Below are positions 18,652 through 26,970 of a stretch of 29,435 bases of DNA, piece after piece (within the stretch, counting starts at the first letter, position 1; every line of letters begins with the position of its first letter). The DNA is from a virus. Its lineage: Duplodnaviria > Caudoviricetes. The notes beneath the pieces were generated by a model. The model was not told where the DNA came from. It was given only the letters and a program-made list of their open reading frames with translations, and ran no database searches. Location of the stretch: positions 1-29,435 of the IMG/VR virus record IMGVR_UViG_3300025009_000318; one strand, given 5' to 3'. The position numbers were made by a program, and so were the translations under genes.

Positions 18652-19389
18652 TTATTTTAGTGCTTTATTTAATCCACCTAATTTATCTGAACTAACAAAT
18701 AAATCATCATAAGGATTGTGAAAAATATCTAAATCTTCGGCATAATCATCAAGTTTTAAATCAGCACCAACACACTTGAATTGAACATTTGTATCATACT
18801 CCACCATTTTCCTCAATCTATAAAAATCAGAATAAATCTGATAGATTGTATAATTCTCTAAATCTGAATAATTTTTACCAGTACCAACTGAAACAGTAGT
18901 AATTATATCTTCCATTAAAATTTTAGAAGCATTTTTTTGTTTTGCTTTTAAAGCTTTTTGTGCCCAATCATTCATAAGTTTTGTTTTGTATATCTTTTGT
19001 TCATGTATTAGATTTTGTTTTAATATTATATTTCTAATTTCTTCATAATTATAAATTGTAATAATATTAGAACTATCTACTATAAATCCTTCTATTTGTT
19101 CATTTGATATAAACTTAACATCTTGTCTAGTTATAATAGAAAAAATATCCTCTAATTTTTTTACTAACTCTTCTTGTGTTAATTGCAAATGTGGCAAACT
19201 GCTAAAAATTAATAGTAACAAAGGATAATCTACATTTTCAAAATGATTCTTAGATATGTATAAAAGATGCGATGCTTCTATAAATTTATCGTAATCTTTT
19301 AATCTAACTGGATGAATGTATATTGGATTATCTTTATCAATTCCTTCTATGTAATCAGGTTGAGCAAAAATATATTTAAGTTCTGCCAT
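18652..19389 (-). CDS. Conserved tail-module protein
   Basis: 245 aa; IYIHPVRLKDY, YEEIRNIILKQNL and YTIYQIYSDFYR are typical of this locus in SPbeta-like phages. Confidence 0.65.
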   Translation of the reverse strand: MAELKYIFAQPDYIEGIDKDNPIYIHPVRLKDYDKFIEASHLLYISKNHFENVDYPLLLLIFSSLPHLQLTQEELVKKLEDIFSIITRQDVKFISNEQIEGFIVDSSNIITIYNYEEIRNIILKQNLIHEQKIYKTKLMNDWAQKALKAKQKNASKILMEDIITTVSVGTGKNYSDLENYTIYQIYSDFYRLRKMVEYDTNVQFKCVGADLKLDDYAEDLDIFHNPYDDLFVSSDKLGGLNKALK

Positions 19390-19887
19390 TTATCTCAGTC
19401 CTTTTAAAGTTGAAGAATTAACTTCAATAAATAAAGTTAATCCAGAGTAAGTTTCATTAACTTTGTATGCTTTAAAATTAGTAATATTTACTTCTCCTAA
19501 ACCAGCAACCTTTTGTCCGTCAACTAATTGTGCAAACTCATCACTTATTCTGTATGGTCTCAATTGTCCCATACCATTTAACTTCCAATAGAGATTTGGT
19601 ACAATTATGTCTAAAGTAAAAACTATGTCAGAAAGTGGCATTGATTTAAGAGAACCATTAAATGGATTTAAGAATACTTTAACCTGAGAATTTGTTAATA
19701 CTGTTTCATCAAATAGAGTTAATATTATATTTCCATTTACCATTAAGTCTTCTGTTACGTCAGATTCAGATAAAGGGTCATCTACTAAATGATAAATATA
19801 TTTTGAGATATTTTGACTACCAAGTAACAAAGATAATAGTTTCACAAGATTATTTTCTATATGCTTAAATTTGAAAGATTTTTCTAT
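19390..19887 (-). CDS. Putative tail terminator / head-tail joining protein
   Basis: FTLDIIVP...W......LRPYRI motif. The frame stays open 14 codons upstream of GTG 19845 to an ATA placed 9 nt after SD GAGGTGG. Confidence 0.6.
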   Translation of the reverse strand: MEKSFKFKHIENNLVKLLSLLLGSQNISKYIYHLVDDPLSESDVTEDLMVNGNIILTLFDETVLTNSQVKVFLNPFNGSLKSMPLSDIVFTLDIIVPNLYWKLNGMGQLRPYRISDEFAQLVDGQKVAGLGEVNITNFKAYKVNETYSGLTLFIEVNSSTLKGLR

Positions 19888-19922
19888 GCTAACACACCAC
19901 CTCTAGACTAAAAAATTATAGA

Positions 19923-21098
19923 CTAAAACAAACTCTTAATCTGAATCCTAAACCCACTACTAAATACTGTCTCACCAACATTTTTAACAAACAATCTAAC
20001 ATACCCTAACCCCAATCCCTTTACAACACAACTATTCCCAACACCATCTTGACTTACAATACTCGCCAATACAGTCTCGCTAATTCCATCATCACTAGTC
20101 AAATAGAAAACTGATGTATCCGTAATTGCAATTCCATTATCCTTAAATGTACAAGTATAAGTAGAAGAGTAAGTTTTAATTATTGAAATACTACCCAAAT
20201 CAATCACTGCTGTATAATTATGCTTTTCTTCCTCAACAATTTCAATTCCAATACTATCCTGAATCAAATTATCATTGTCCAATTTGCAACTAATACTCAC
20301 ACCCCCTACAGATAAGAAACTTACTAATCCTGTGTTTGATACATTAGCAATTAAATTATTACTTGAGGTAAAAGTAAGCAAAGGAGATGTAATTATTGTT
20401 TCTCTATCTTTTACTTGAATATTTAATTGTACAGGCGTATTAATGTCTGCTTGAATTGAATCACCATTTAAAATAGTAAGAGAATATGATGGAAATACTT
20501 GTTCAACTTCGCTATATACCATTTTTAAAATCAGCAAACCATTCACAGTAATATCATCAATATTTACCACCGTATAATTCCTCAATCCAATTTTGAACAC
20601 ATAATTCATTGGAATTTGTCTAGTGATATCAGTATTGCTTATTTGTATTGCAATTTCTGAATCTAAAGTTGATATTATTTTTTGTTCATCTAGGGAGATT
20701 AAGCCTTTTGAGATTATGCAATGGATTGTGTGGAGAGTTGATGTGGAGTCGTAGAATTGGATGGTGTTGTTGGATTTAATCATACTTGCAGTTTTATATG
20801 CTTGTAAATTATCAATATTGCTTATAATAATCCATTTACTACCTTCCCATTCTACAATTGATCCAGTATTTACTACAGTTTCAATTGGCATATGAATCTT
20901 TTTATCATATTTTCCCTCATTTAAAGGATTTGAATGTGATTGAACTATTACTTGTGTTGTAATATCATCAATTATTGTACTGAAACCTTCTGCACTATAA
21001 TATCTACGAACATCATAGTTTTCTTTTACATCTAATATTGTTTCTTCTTTAGCATAATAATTTGAACTATCTTCTATCCATTTTCTTCTAACATCCAT
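19923..21098 (-). CDS. Putative head-closure protein with C-terminal Ig-like domains
   Basis: VNTGSIVEWEGSKWII, YTVVNIDDITVNGLLIL; Big_2-like LTFTSSNNLIANVSNTGLVSFLSVGGVSISC. Confidence 0.65.
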   Translation of the reverse strand: MDVRRKWIEDSSNYYAKEETILDVKENYDVRRYYSAEGFSTIIDDITTQVIVQSHSNPLNEGKYDKKIHMPIETVVNTGSIVEWEGSKWIIISNIDNLQAYKTASMIKSNNTIQFYDSTSTLHTIHCIISKGLISLDEQKIISTLDSEIAIQISNTDITRQIPMNYVFKIGLRNYTVVNIDDITVNGLLILKMVYSEVEQVFPSYSLTILNGDSIQADINTPVQLNIQVKDRETIITSPLLTFTSSNNLIANVSNTGLVSFLSVGGVSISCKLDNDNLIQDSIGIEIVEEEKHNYTAVIDLGSISIIKTYSSTYTCTFKDNGIAITDTSVFYLTSDDGISETVLASIVSQDGVGNSCVVKGLGLGYVRLFVKNVGETVFSSGFRIQIKSLF

Positions 21099-21117
21099 AA
21101 GAAATCACAACCTTATA

Positions 21118-21150
21118 GAATAGAGGATTAATTATTATAATCCTCTATTC
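21118..21150. terminator. Stem-loop after the head gene block
   Basis: GAATAGAGGATTA...TAATCCTCTATTC, perfect 13-bp inverted repeat. Confidence 0.65.
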
Positions 21151-21178
21151 AAATTACATCATATTGTTTTTAATAAAA

Positions 21179-21457
21179 TTAGAATTCTGCTTTTGCTAAT
21201 CCTTCAATCCTAAGATAAGACGCATCTGCAGCAGCTTTATAGTATAATTTTCCAAAAGGTACTGCAATATTTTTTCTAGATTCTCCTGTTTTTAATACCA
21301 TCAAATTATTAGATGCGTTTGCACTTGCCACGTCAAAAGACAAAGTAACTGTACTTGTACTATCGTTTACAATAAGATTAATAAAAGACATATCCAATGT
21401 GACATTTTGTTCTGCAATGTTCGCCGTTAAAGACCGTCCAATGAAATTAGTTGCCAT
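21179..21457 (-). CDS. Small beta-strand virion protein
   Basis: 92 aa, SD AGAGGAGTG; LIVNDS...LSF..MVLKTGES pattern. Confidence 0.65.
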   Translation of the reverse strand: MATNFIGRSLTANIAEQNVTLDMSFINLIVNDSTSTVTLSFDVASANASNNLMVLKTGESRKNIAVPFGKLYYKAAADASYLRIEGLAKAEF

Positions 21458-21513
21458 TATTAAATCACTCCTCTTAATTATTTTTATTTAATCACAATTA
21501 TAATTATTGCTTA

Positions 21514-22320
21514 TTATTCTACTGCCATTACTTGAACTACATTGGTAGCAGCCAAATGAGTAGCACCTGCTTGTAATACACGAACACGATTTGGACTTGT
21601 TTGAATAGATGCCTTATCTGTAATTGTACCAAGTAAAACTCCATCTGCATCAAAATAATTAACTAATATTTTAGTAGGTACAAATGGTATTGGTATATTG
21701 GTTTCAAGAGCTAAAACATCTTGTGCAGTAACAATACGGTCTATGACAACCATTTGTTTTATACCTGCATTAGATCCACCAACTGAGTTCTCTACAGTAC
21801 AATTTGCTGCACTAGTTGTAGTAATAGTAATATTTCCAGTAGTTCCAATTGCATCCCATGCCAATACAACGCTTGCACCATCTGCAGACAAAAATGCTGT
21901 AAAAGGAACTGTTGCTCTTGTGTCGCCATTAATTGCAGCAACTAAACTAGTCGCAGAGTTTGCCGCACTTGCACCGTTTGTCCAAACACCAGTTGTAGCT
22001 ACTGCTACATCAGCTTCTTGATAATCAACACCATTAATTACAACTTTCATTGCAGGTTCTCCAGTGGCATTAAAATCAATTACTGCTGTAGAAATTGTTC
22101 CAGGAAAATTAATCAAAGAATTGATTTGCGTTGCAGTAGCAGTTACAGAAGTTCCTGCACCAGCACCTAGTTTTAAATCTACAACTGCTAGAACATCAAC
22201 ATTTTTGTTTGCTCCAACAACTACAGCTTTATTAGCTAATACTGTTCCTGCAGTTACTCCATCTAGGGTTATTTCTTCACTTTCAGATATTCTAATAAAA
22301 TCAGAATCACTATATCCCAT
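21514..22320 (-). CDS. Ala/Thr/Val-rich virion protein (possible head fibre or decoration protein)
   Basis: 268 aa; LDGVTAGTVLANKAVVVGANKN and VTATATQIN fibre-like segments; SD AAAGGAGG. Confidence 0.65.
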   Translation of the reverse strand: MGYSDSDFIRISESEEITLDGVTAGTVLANKAVVVGANKNVDVLAVVDLKLGAGAGTSVTATATQINSLINFPGTISTAVIDFNATGEPAMKVVINGVDYQEADVAVATTGVWTNGASAANSATSLVAAINGDTRATVPFTAFLSADGASVVLAWDAIGTTGNITITTTSAANCTVENSVGGSNAGIKQMVVIDRIVTAQDVLALETNIPIPFVPTKILVNYFDADGVLLGTITDKASIQTSPNRVRVLQAGATHLAATNVVQVMAVE

Positions 22321-22368
22321 TATCTTTCCTCCTTTTTCTTGATTTTCTACTATTCTATTATTATTAAA

Positions 22369-22596
22369 TTACATAATCTCCCTCTCTAAATAAGGCATCC
22401 TCTTAATGAAGTTTGAAATGTTTAGAATCTCACCTCTTAGTTCAGGATAATTATGTAAAGAAATACCAAACTCTCTTTCAATCATATGCATTAAATGATT
22501 AATTTTTAGATATTCTTTCTTACATAAATTTTCTAAACTAGTCTCATATTGTGGCGTTTTTATAAGAATTTTCTTATTGTTATTGTTATTATTCAT
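22369..22596 (-). CDS. Small conserved hypothetical protein
   Basis: 75 aa ending ELRGEILNISNFIKRMP, located between head-tail genes. Confidence 0.65.
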   Translation of the reverse strand: MNNNNNNKKILIKTPQYETSLENLCKKEYLKINHLMHMIEREFGISLHNYPELRGEILNISNFIKRMPYLEREIM

Positions 22597-22607
22597 TTTT
22601 CACCAAC

Positions 22608-23291
22608 TCAATTATTACTATAAGAATTAAATTCTTGCCTGAAATCTTTAATTTCTTCCTTTAAACTACTTAACATTAATGAATAAACTTTTAATTCTTC
22701 TACTTTACTTTCCAAACGATTAAAATCTTTAGTTCCAATTTGCTTTTTTAGGCGAGACAATGGTTTTAATAAGTAGTCTAAATATGCCTTCTTCATATTT
22801 AATGAAATTAATTCAATTTCATCTACATCTAAATCATTAAGCATTATTCCATCATATGTTTTGCTAACAATTAAATTCAAATTTGTATTGCTTGTATCTA
22901 TAAATGTTAATGTAATAATATCTGTATCAATTTTAGTAATTGTAAGCATAGGATTTTCAATATCATCTAGTTTAACTGTATAATTAGTATCTATTACTGA
23001 TTTTATTTTTGTAGCAATCTGCAATTTTGTATCAGTATTTAATAGTGCAATTGTATATGTATCAGAATTAATATTAAGACTAATATTTCCACTATTTTCT
23101 AATATTCCATAGATTATTAAAACTGCATTATCAGAATATAAAGTATAACCTAAATCATGTGGTGTAGTTTTGTAGCTATACCCTATTGCAGTTTCAAAAA
23201 ATTCAAAAATTAAATCTTGTTTATAGGTAAAATCAACATCTGATACTTTTATAAGGAATTTATCGTAAACTTTTTGAAGTAAAGTTCCCAA
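22608..23291 (-). CDS. Putative head-tail adaptor protein with an internal inserted domain
   Basis: MGT....VYDKFLIKVSD N-terminus, DLDVDEIELI..IGTKDF C-terminus; TTG start after GGAGGTGA. Confidence 0.6.
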   Translation of the reverse strand: MGTLLQKVYDKFLIKVSDVDFTYKQDLIFEFFETAIGYSYKTTPHDLGYTLYSDNAVLIIYGILENSGNISLNINSDTYTIALLNTDTKLQIATKIKSVIDTNYTVKLDDIENPMLTITKIDTDIITLTFIDTSNTNLNLIVSKTYDGIMLNDLDVDEIELISLNMKKAYLDYLLKPLSRLKKQIGTKDFNRLESKVEELKVYSLMLSSLKEEIKDFRQEFNSYSNN

Positions 23292-23320
23292 ACTATATCA
23301 CCTCCAATGATTTATTATAT

Positions 23321-23809
23321 TTATTCTTTATCATCTGTTTTGTTAGTTTTGAATGAAAGACCTGTGAAATTTTCTAGAAATTGAATCTGATCATAATTAT
23401 TTATCTTATTTTTCTTAGCATAATTAACTATTTTAGATTTTTCTTGATTTGTGATGATATTTTCAGTTACATGTTTTTTAAAAGTGCTAAATGTTTTATA
23501 ATCAAATATTTCTTTACATTTTTCATCACTTAGAATTAATTGAGTTCTTTTTTCTTCTTTGTTGTCGAAACCTAAATGCTCTCTCATTTCTGGATTGTGA
23601 ATATAAACTCTCGCGTGCGACCCAATATTGTCATTTCCGGAAAAGAAAAGATTATTATTCTGTACTTGTGTTTCAATTTCCATATTTGGAATATATACTG
23701 TCTGATTTGCTTTAATAAATTCATCTCCGTCCATGGAAAACCTCTCCCATGAGACATTCCAATCACATAAGTTTTGTACCTTTGAACGACTGTTCATATC
23801 AATTGCCAT
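23321..23809 (-). CDS. Conserved protein normally following the capsid gene
   Basis: 162 aa; EIETQVQNNN.FF.G.D..GSHARVYI motif; SD GGAGGG. Confidence 0.7.
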   Translation of the reverse strand: MAIDMNSRSKVQNLCDWNVSWERFSMDGDEFIKANQTVYIPNMEIETQVQNNNLFFSGNDNIGSHARVYIHNPEMREHLGFDNKEEKRTQLILSDEKCKEIFDYKTFSTFKKHVTENIITNQEKSKIVNYAKKNKINNYDQIQFLENFTGLSFKTNKTDDKE

Positions 23810-23874
23810 TATTATTTATTCCCTCCATTTTTACCCTTTATTATTTTTTAGATTTTATATTACAAAAGAAGCAT

Positions 23875-25203
23875 TTATATTGCTTCTTGTTCTTGGATGT
23901 CTGTTGGTTTAATTTTTCTTAATTCGCCATATTTATAGTTAAATTCACCTTGAGAATTAATTATTTTTGAATTGTCAATGTCAAATTTTATGTAATGATG
24001 ATTTTGATTTAGGTATGTACGTGCGTAGGATAGGATTTCTAGAAGTTTTTGGTCTGATGGGATTAGGTCATCTTTTTCACTAATAATTCTAATTTCTTTC
24101 CAACCAGAACGTAGTAACCCATAGGTTCTATTTCTTTCTCTTTTTATGAATTCTTTTTCTGTTACAGTGCCGTATATGATACTATTCTTGTGACCACCAC
24201 CATCGTATTCTAGATAAATCATTTCTTCTAGGAAAGCTATATCTAAAGACGATGTTTTTACGGGATAATTAAGTTCACCACCTATAAGATTGTGGATATA
24301 TTTTTGTTGGATAGAGCATGGTGCTGATCCATTTTTATAAAGAGTTTGTCTAATTTTTTCTCTTATTTCTGGACTTGATAATGCATACTTAAAACCATAT
24401 CTATCTAAAAATGTTGCTTGTACTCGTTCTTGTCTACAATTATTGCATCTTTCACCTAATTTGAACTTATCAATAATTACTTCGTCGTGATTCCCGCATG
24501 AACAAATATATTTTACTTTTGTTTTACCATTTTGTATTTCTTCTTCTGTAGATAATAATTCACAATCATGTTCTTTAAAATAATTATATGTTTCCATATA
24601 TGGAGTTCTCAGTGCATCTCCAGTTTTTTTATATCCACACTCTTTACATCTTTGCCCATGCATAAATTCTTTTAAGGCAATTGTGCTAGGTTTTCCACAT
24701 GAACAAATATAAGGCATAGGAGTATCTGTATTTATATATTCGTCTGCTAATAGTTCACAATTTCCCAATTTAAAAATTTCTTTTGCAATTTCTAAATCAT
24801 ATTTATAATTACCACCTGTATTACAAATAGGGCATCTGTGGCCTCCTACATTAAAAGCTGTAAATGTCATAGGAAATGGATGACCTTTATCACATTGGAT
24901 AATTAAATAGTCTTTACATCTAATATATTCAGTTGATATTAATATGTATCCTTCAACTGCTTCAACTATATTTTTGGCATCTTCATAAGTATATTTATAT
25001 TTTCCAGTACAATGAGGACATCTAGGATTCTTCTTAAAATTGGTTATTGTTTTTGGAAATATATGATTTTTATTACATTGGAATGATAATTCTGTTTTTC
25101 CATCTATTTTATCATCAATGCTATAGTCACTAATACATTTTATATCAATGGAATTTTCTAATACCCATTGCTTAAATTGATTAATATTTTGCTTTTTACC
25201 CAT
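23875..25203 (-). CDS. Free-standing homing-endonuclease-like protein: four Zn-ribbon-like repeats plus Vsr/DUF559-like nuclease
   Basis: Repeats C.K.H / C.CG ... RC..C four times; C-terminal SLDIAFLEEMIYLEYDGGGH...R...L...GWKEIRI; SD AGGAGGAG. Confidence 0.78.
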   Translation of the reverse strand: MGKKQNINQFKQWVLENSIDIKCISDYSIDDKIDGKTELSFQCNKNHIFPKTITNFKKNPRCPHCTGKYKYTYEDAKNIVEAVEGYILISTEYIRCKDYLIIQCDKGHPFPMTFTAFNVGGHRCPICNTGGNYKYDLEIAKEIFKLGNCELLADEYINTDTPMPYICSCGKPSTIALKEFMHGQRCKECGYKKTGDALRTPYMETYNYFKEHDCELLSTEEEIQNGKTKVKYICSCGNHDEVIIDKFKLGERCNNCRQERVQATFLDRYGFKYALSSPEIREKIRQTLYKNGSAPCSIQQKYIHNLIGGELNYPVKTSSLDIAFLEEMIYLEYDGGGHKNSIIYGTVTEKEFIKRERNRTYGLLRSGWKEIRIISEKDDLIPSDQKLLEILSYARTYLNQNHHYIKFDIDNSKIINSQGEFNYKYGELRKIKPTDIQEQEAI

Positions 25204-25211
25204 TTTAACTC

Positions 25212-25325
25212 CTCCTATCGAATCACCACCTAATTTTTTATAAAATAAAAGAAGGACGGGTTAGGAAAACCGTCCTTGTCGAATCTTAATTAAGCATCGA
25301 TTCAAAATTAAGACCTATCTTTTAT
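25212..25325 (-). promoter_or_regulatory. Structured leader RNA, copy A
   Basis: Enclosing stem AUAAAAGA/UCUUUUAU; hairpin GGUCUUAAUU-14 nt loop containing AUCGAU-AAUUAAGAUU; hairpin AAGGACGG-UUUUCCUAAC-CCGUCCUU whose loop is complementary to UUAGG (25229-25233) and to UAGGAG at the SD (25212-25217). Confidence 0.65.
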
Positions 25326-25339
25326 AAAATTAACTTAAA

Positions 25340-25437
25340 TTACTCAGCTAATGCCGCATCGTATATCATCCCAATTTGTGGAATATTCTCAATTGCCACG
25401 TAATTTCCGAACTCCCAATCATATCTTGTAACTTCGG
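25340..25437 (-). CDS. Major capsid protein, exon 2
   Basis: Encodes EVTRYDWEFGNYVAIENIPQIGMIYDAALAE-stop, a plausible capsid C-terminus; no start codon or SD of its own, and an in-frame TAA just upstream. Confidence 0.88.
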
Positions 25438-25811
25438 CTTTTTATAAATTTGTATTCATATAGAATCGCAACTTCTATACCGTTTATAACTGCTCATACT
25501 TTCATATGAGAATAGACTATTTCTTCACCTTCACCATTATGTGTTAAGGGTTTCCATTTTCCACTCGCTTGAGTGTACTGGCATTTCAGCCATAGTCGTT
25601 GAAGTTTACTCTATTCGAGTCTTACCTGCAATGAACATCCATTATAATAGCACTTAGGATTTAACCATATGCCATCTCTCAACTTTTTTCTACTTTCGTT
25701 CCATCACACTTAGGCATGTTTCATCCTTATGTTGTGGCATGAGAGCTTTAGGAATTACCTGCAATTAAGGAAATGTCCTATGCACATTTCTGTACATACG
25801 GGGCTAAAGTT
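25438..25811 (-). mobile_element. Group I intron (IA2-like, no ORF) in the major capsid gene
   Basis: P AAUUGCAGGUAA (about 25766-25755), R CUUCAACGACUA (25604-25593), S AAGAAAUAGUCU (25525-25514). P7 GACUA/UAGUC, P3 UUUCC/GGAAA, P2 and P9 with GAAA loops, P7.1 UGGC/GCCA, P7.2 CACUC/GAGUG, terminal G at 25438. 5' boundary uncertain between 25811 and 25818. Confidence 0.92.
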
Positions 25812-26839
25812 ACCCTTAAATTAATGTCAGTTTGTGTCATCGTTGTCATATTACCACGAAGTCCAATTTGCAATGCGTTGGCGGCTCCTTGTGGTAAGAA
25901 CCACAAATCAGTCGTAGGCAATTGAGGAGCATAGAAGTCACCAGCAGTATTAAGGTCAATCATATTATAAGAATTTGGCAATTCTACAACAATACTTCCT
26001 TTGTATACTTTAATAAGACCAGTTTTCATTATTTCTTCCATTACATATTCTGGGAATCTAAATTCTGTTCCTGCAGATACCGTGCTGAAAGTAGTCAAGT
26101 CTCCTAATTTATTAACTGCACTATAGTCTCCCATAATTGTAACAGAAGAACCAAAACGTCTTGCTAATTTTCTTGTATTTTCGACATTAGTCTTAGTAAT
26201 CCCTTCACTATAATTCTTTAAGCTAGTAGCTGCCGTAATAGCACTTTTTAATGCGTTGATATGTGAGAGAACCATTTGGTTAACCATATCGGTCATTACT
26301 TGCTCATTGGCTGTATTAAAGGCATTTACACTACCACTTTGTAATTCTCTGTAATCAACCACAACACCACCAGTAGAAGTTTTGGTTTCCATGATTCCAG
26401 TTCTCTTTTTTACAGTAGGGAATACAAAAGCACCAGAAGATGCTTGAACTCTAGACTTATCTCCTTGTAATTGATAAACTTCATAACGCATTTCCTCATT
26501 TAGACCAACTTTTGTAACCGTGCCCATAGCACTATTAATAGCCAATCTCTTTTCTAAAGGTTGTTGAATAGTAATAGTACGAATAGCATTCAACTCGGCT
26601 TTTGCCTGAGTATTACCATCATTAGCCATACCTGCTAAAGTTTTAATCTTATCCATTACTGTATCAACTTTTTTACCATATTTAGATACATCTTTTCCAT
26701 AAACAATATTAGTAAAAATCTCCACATCTTCATTCGGACGAGCAGGATTAATAGTTGCCAACTTATTCTTTACAATTTTATTAATTTCCACTTGTTCTGC
26801 ATTCTCTTGTAATTTTGTAAAATCTATTCCAAAACTCAT
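25812..26839 (-). CDS. Major capsid protein, exon 1 (SPbeta YonB-like)
   Basis: AKAELNAIR..IQQPL, SRVQASSG.F.FP, VTIMGDYSAV, MEEIMKTG.I..YKGS.VVELPNSYN, LWFLPQG; follows the protease/scaffold and small head genes; spliced product about 372-374 aa. Confidence 0.88.
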
Positions 26840-26970
26840 TGTTAATACCTCTTTTCTTTCTTATTAATTATTAATATTATTTTATAGTTTAAATATTTGA
26901 CATTTATCCAAAAACATATAAAAATCTTAATCTTACAAATAGCACATACAATAATCTATAATCTCATAAC

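Noticed and set aside
22574-22596. AAT/AAC run encoding poly-Asn as a phase-variable repeat
   Set aside because: Short, imperfect and triplet-based, so slippage would not shift the frame.
25778-25811. Capsid C-terminus TLAPYVQKCA from the ORF track
   Set aside because: Read-through into intron P1/P2; the plausible C-terminus is exon 2 at 25340-25437.
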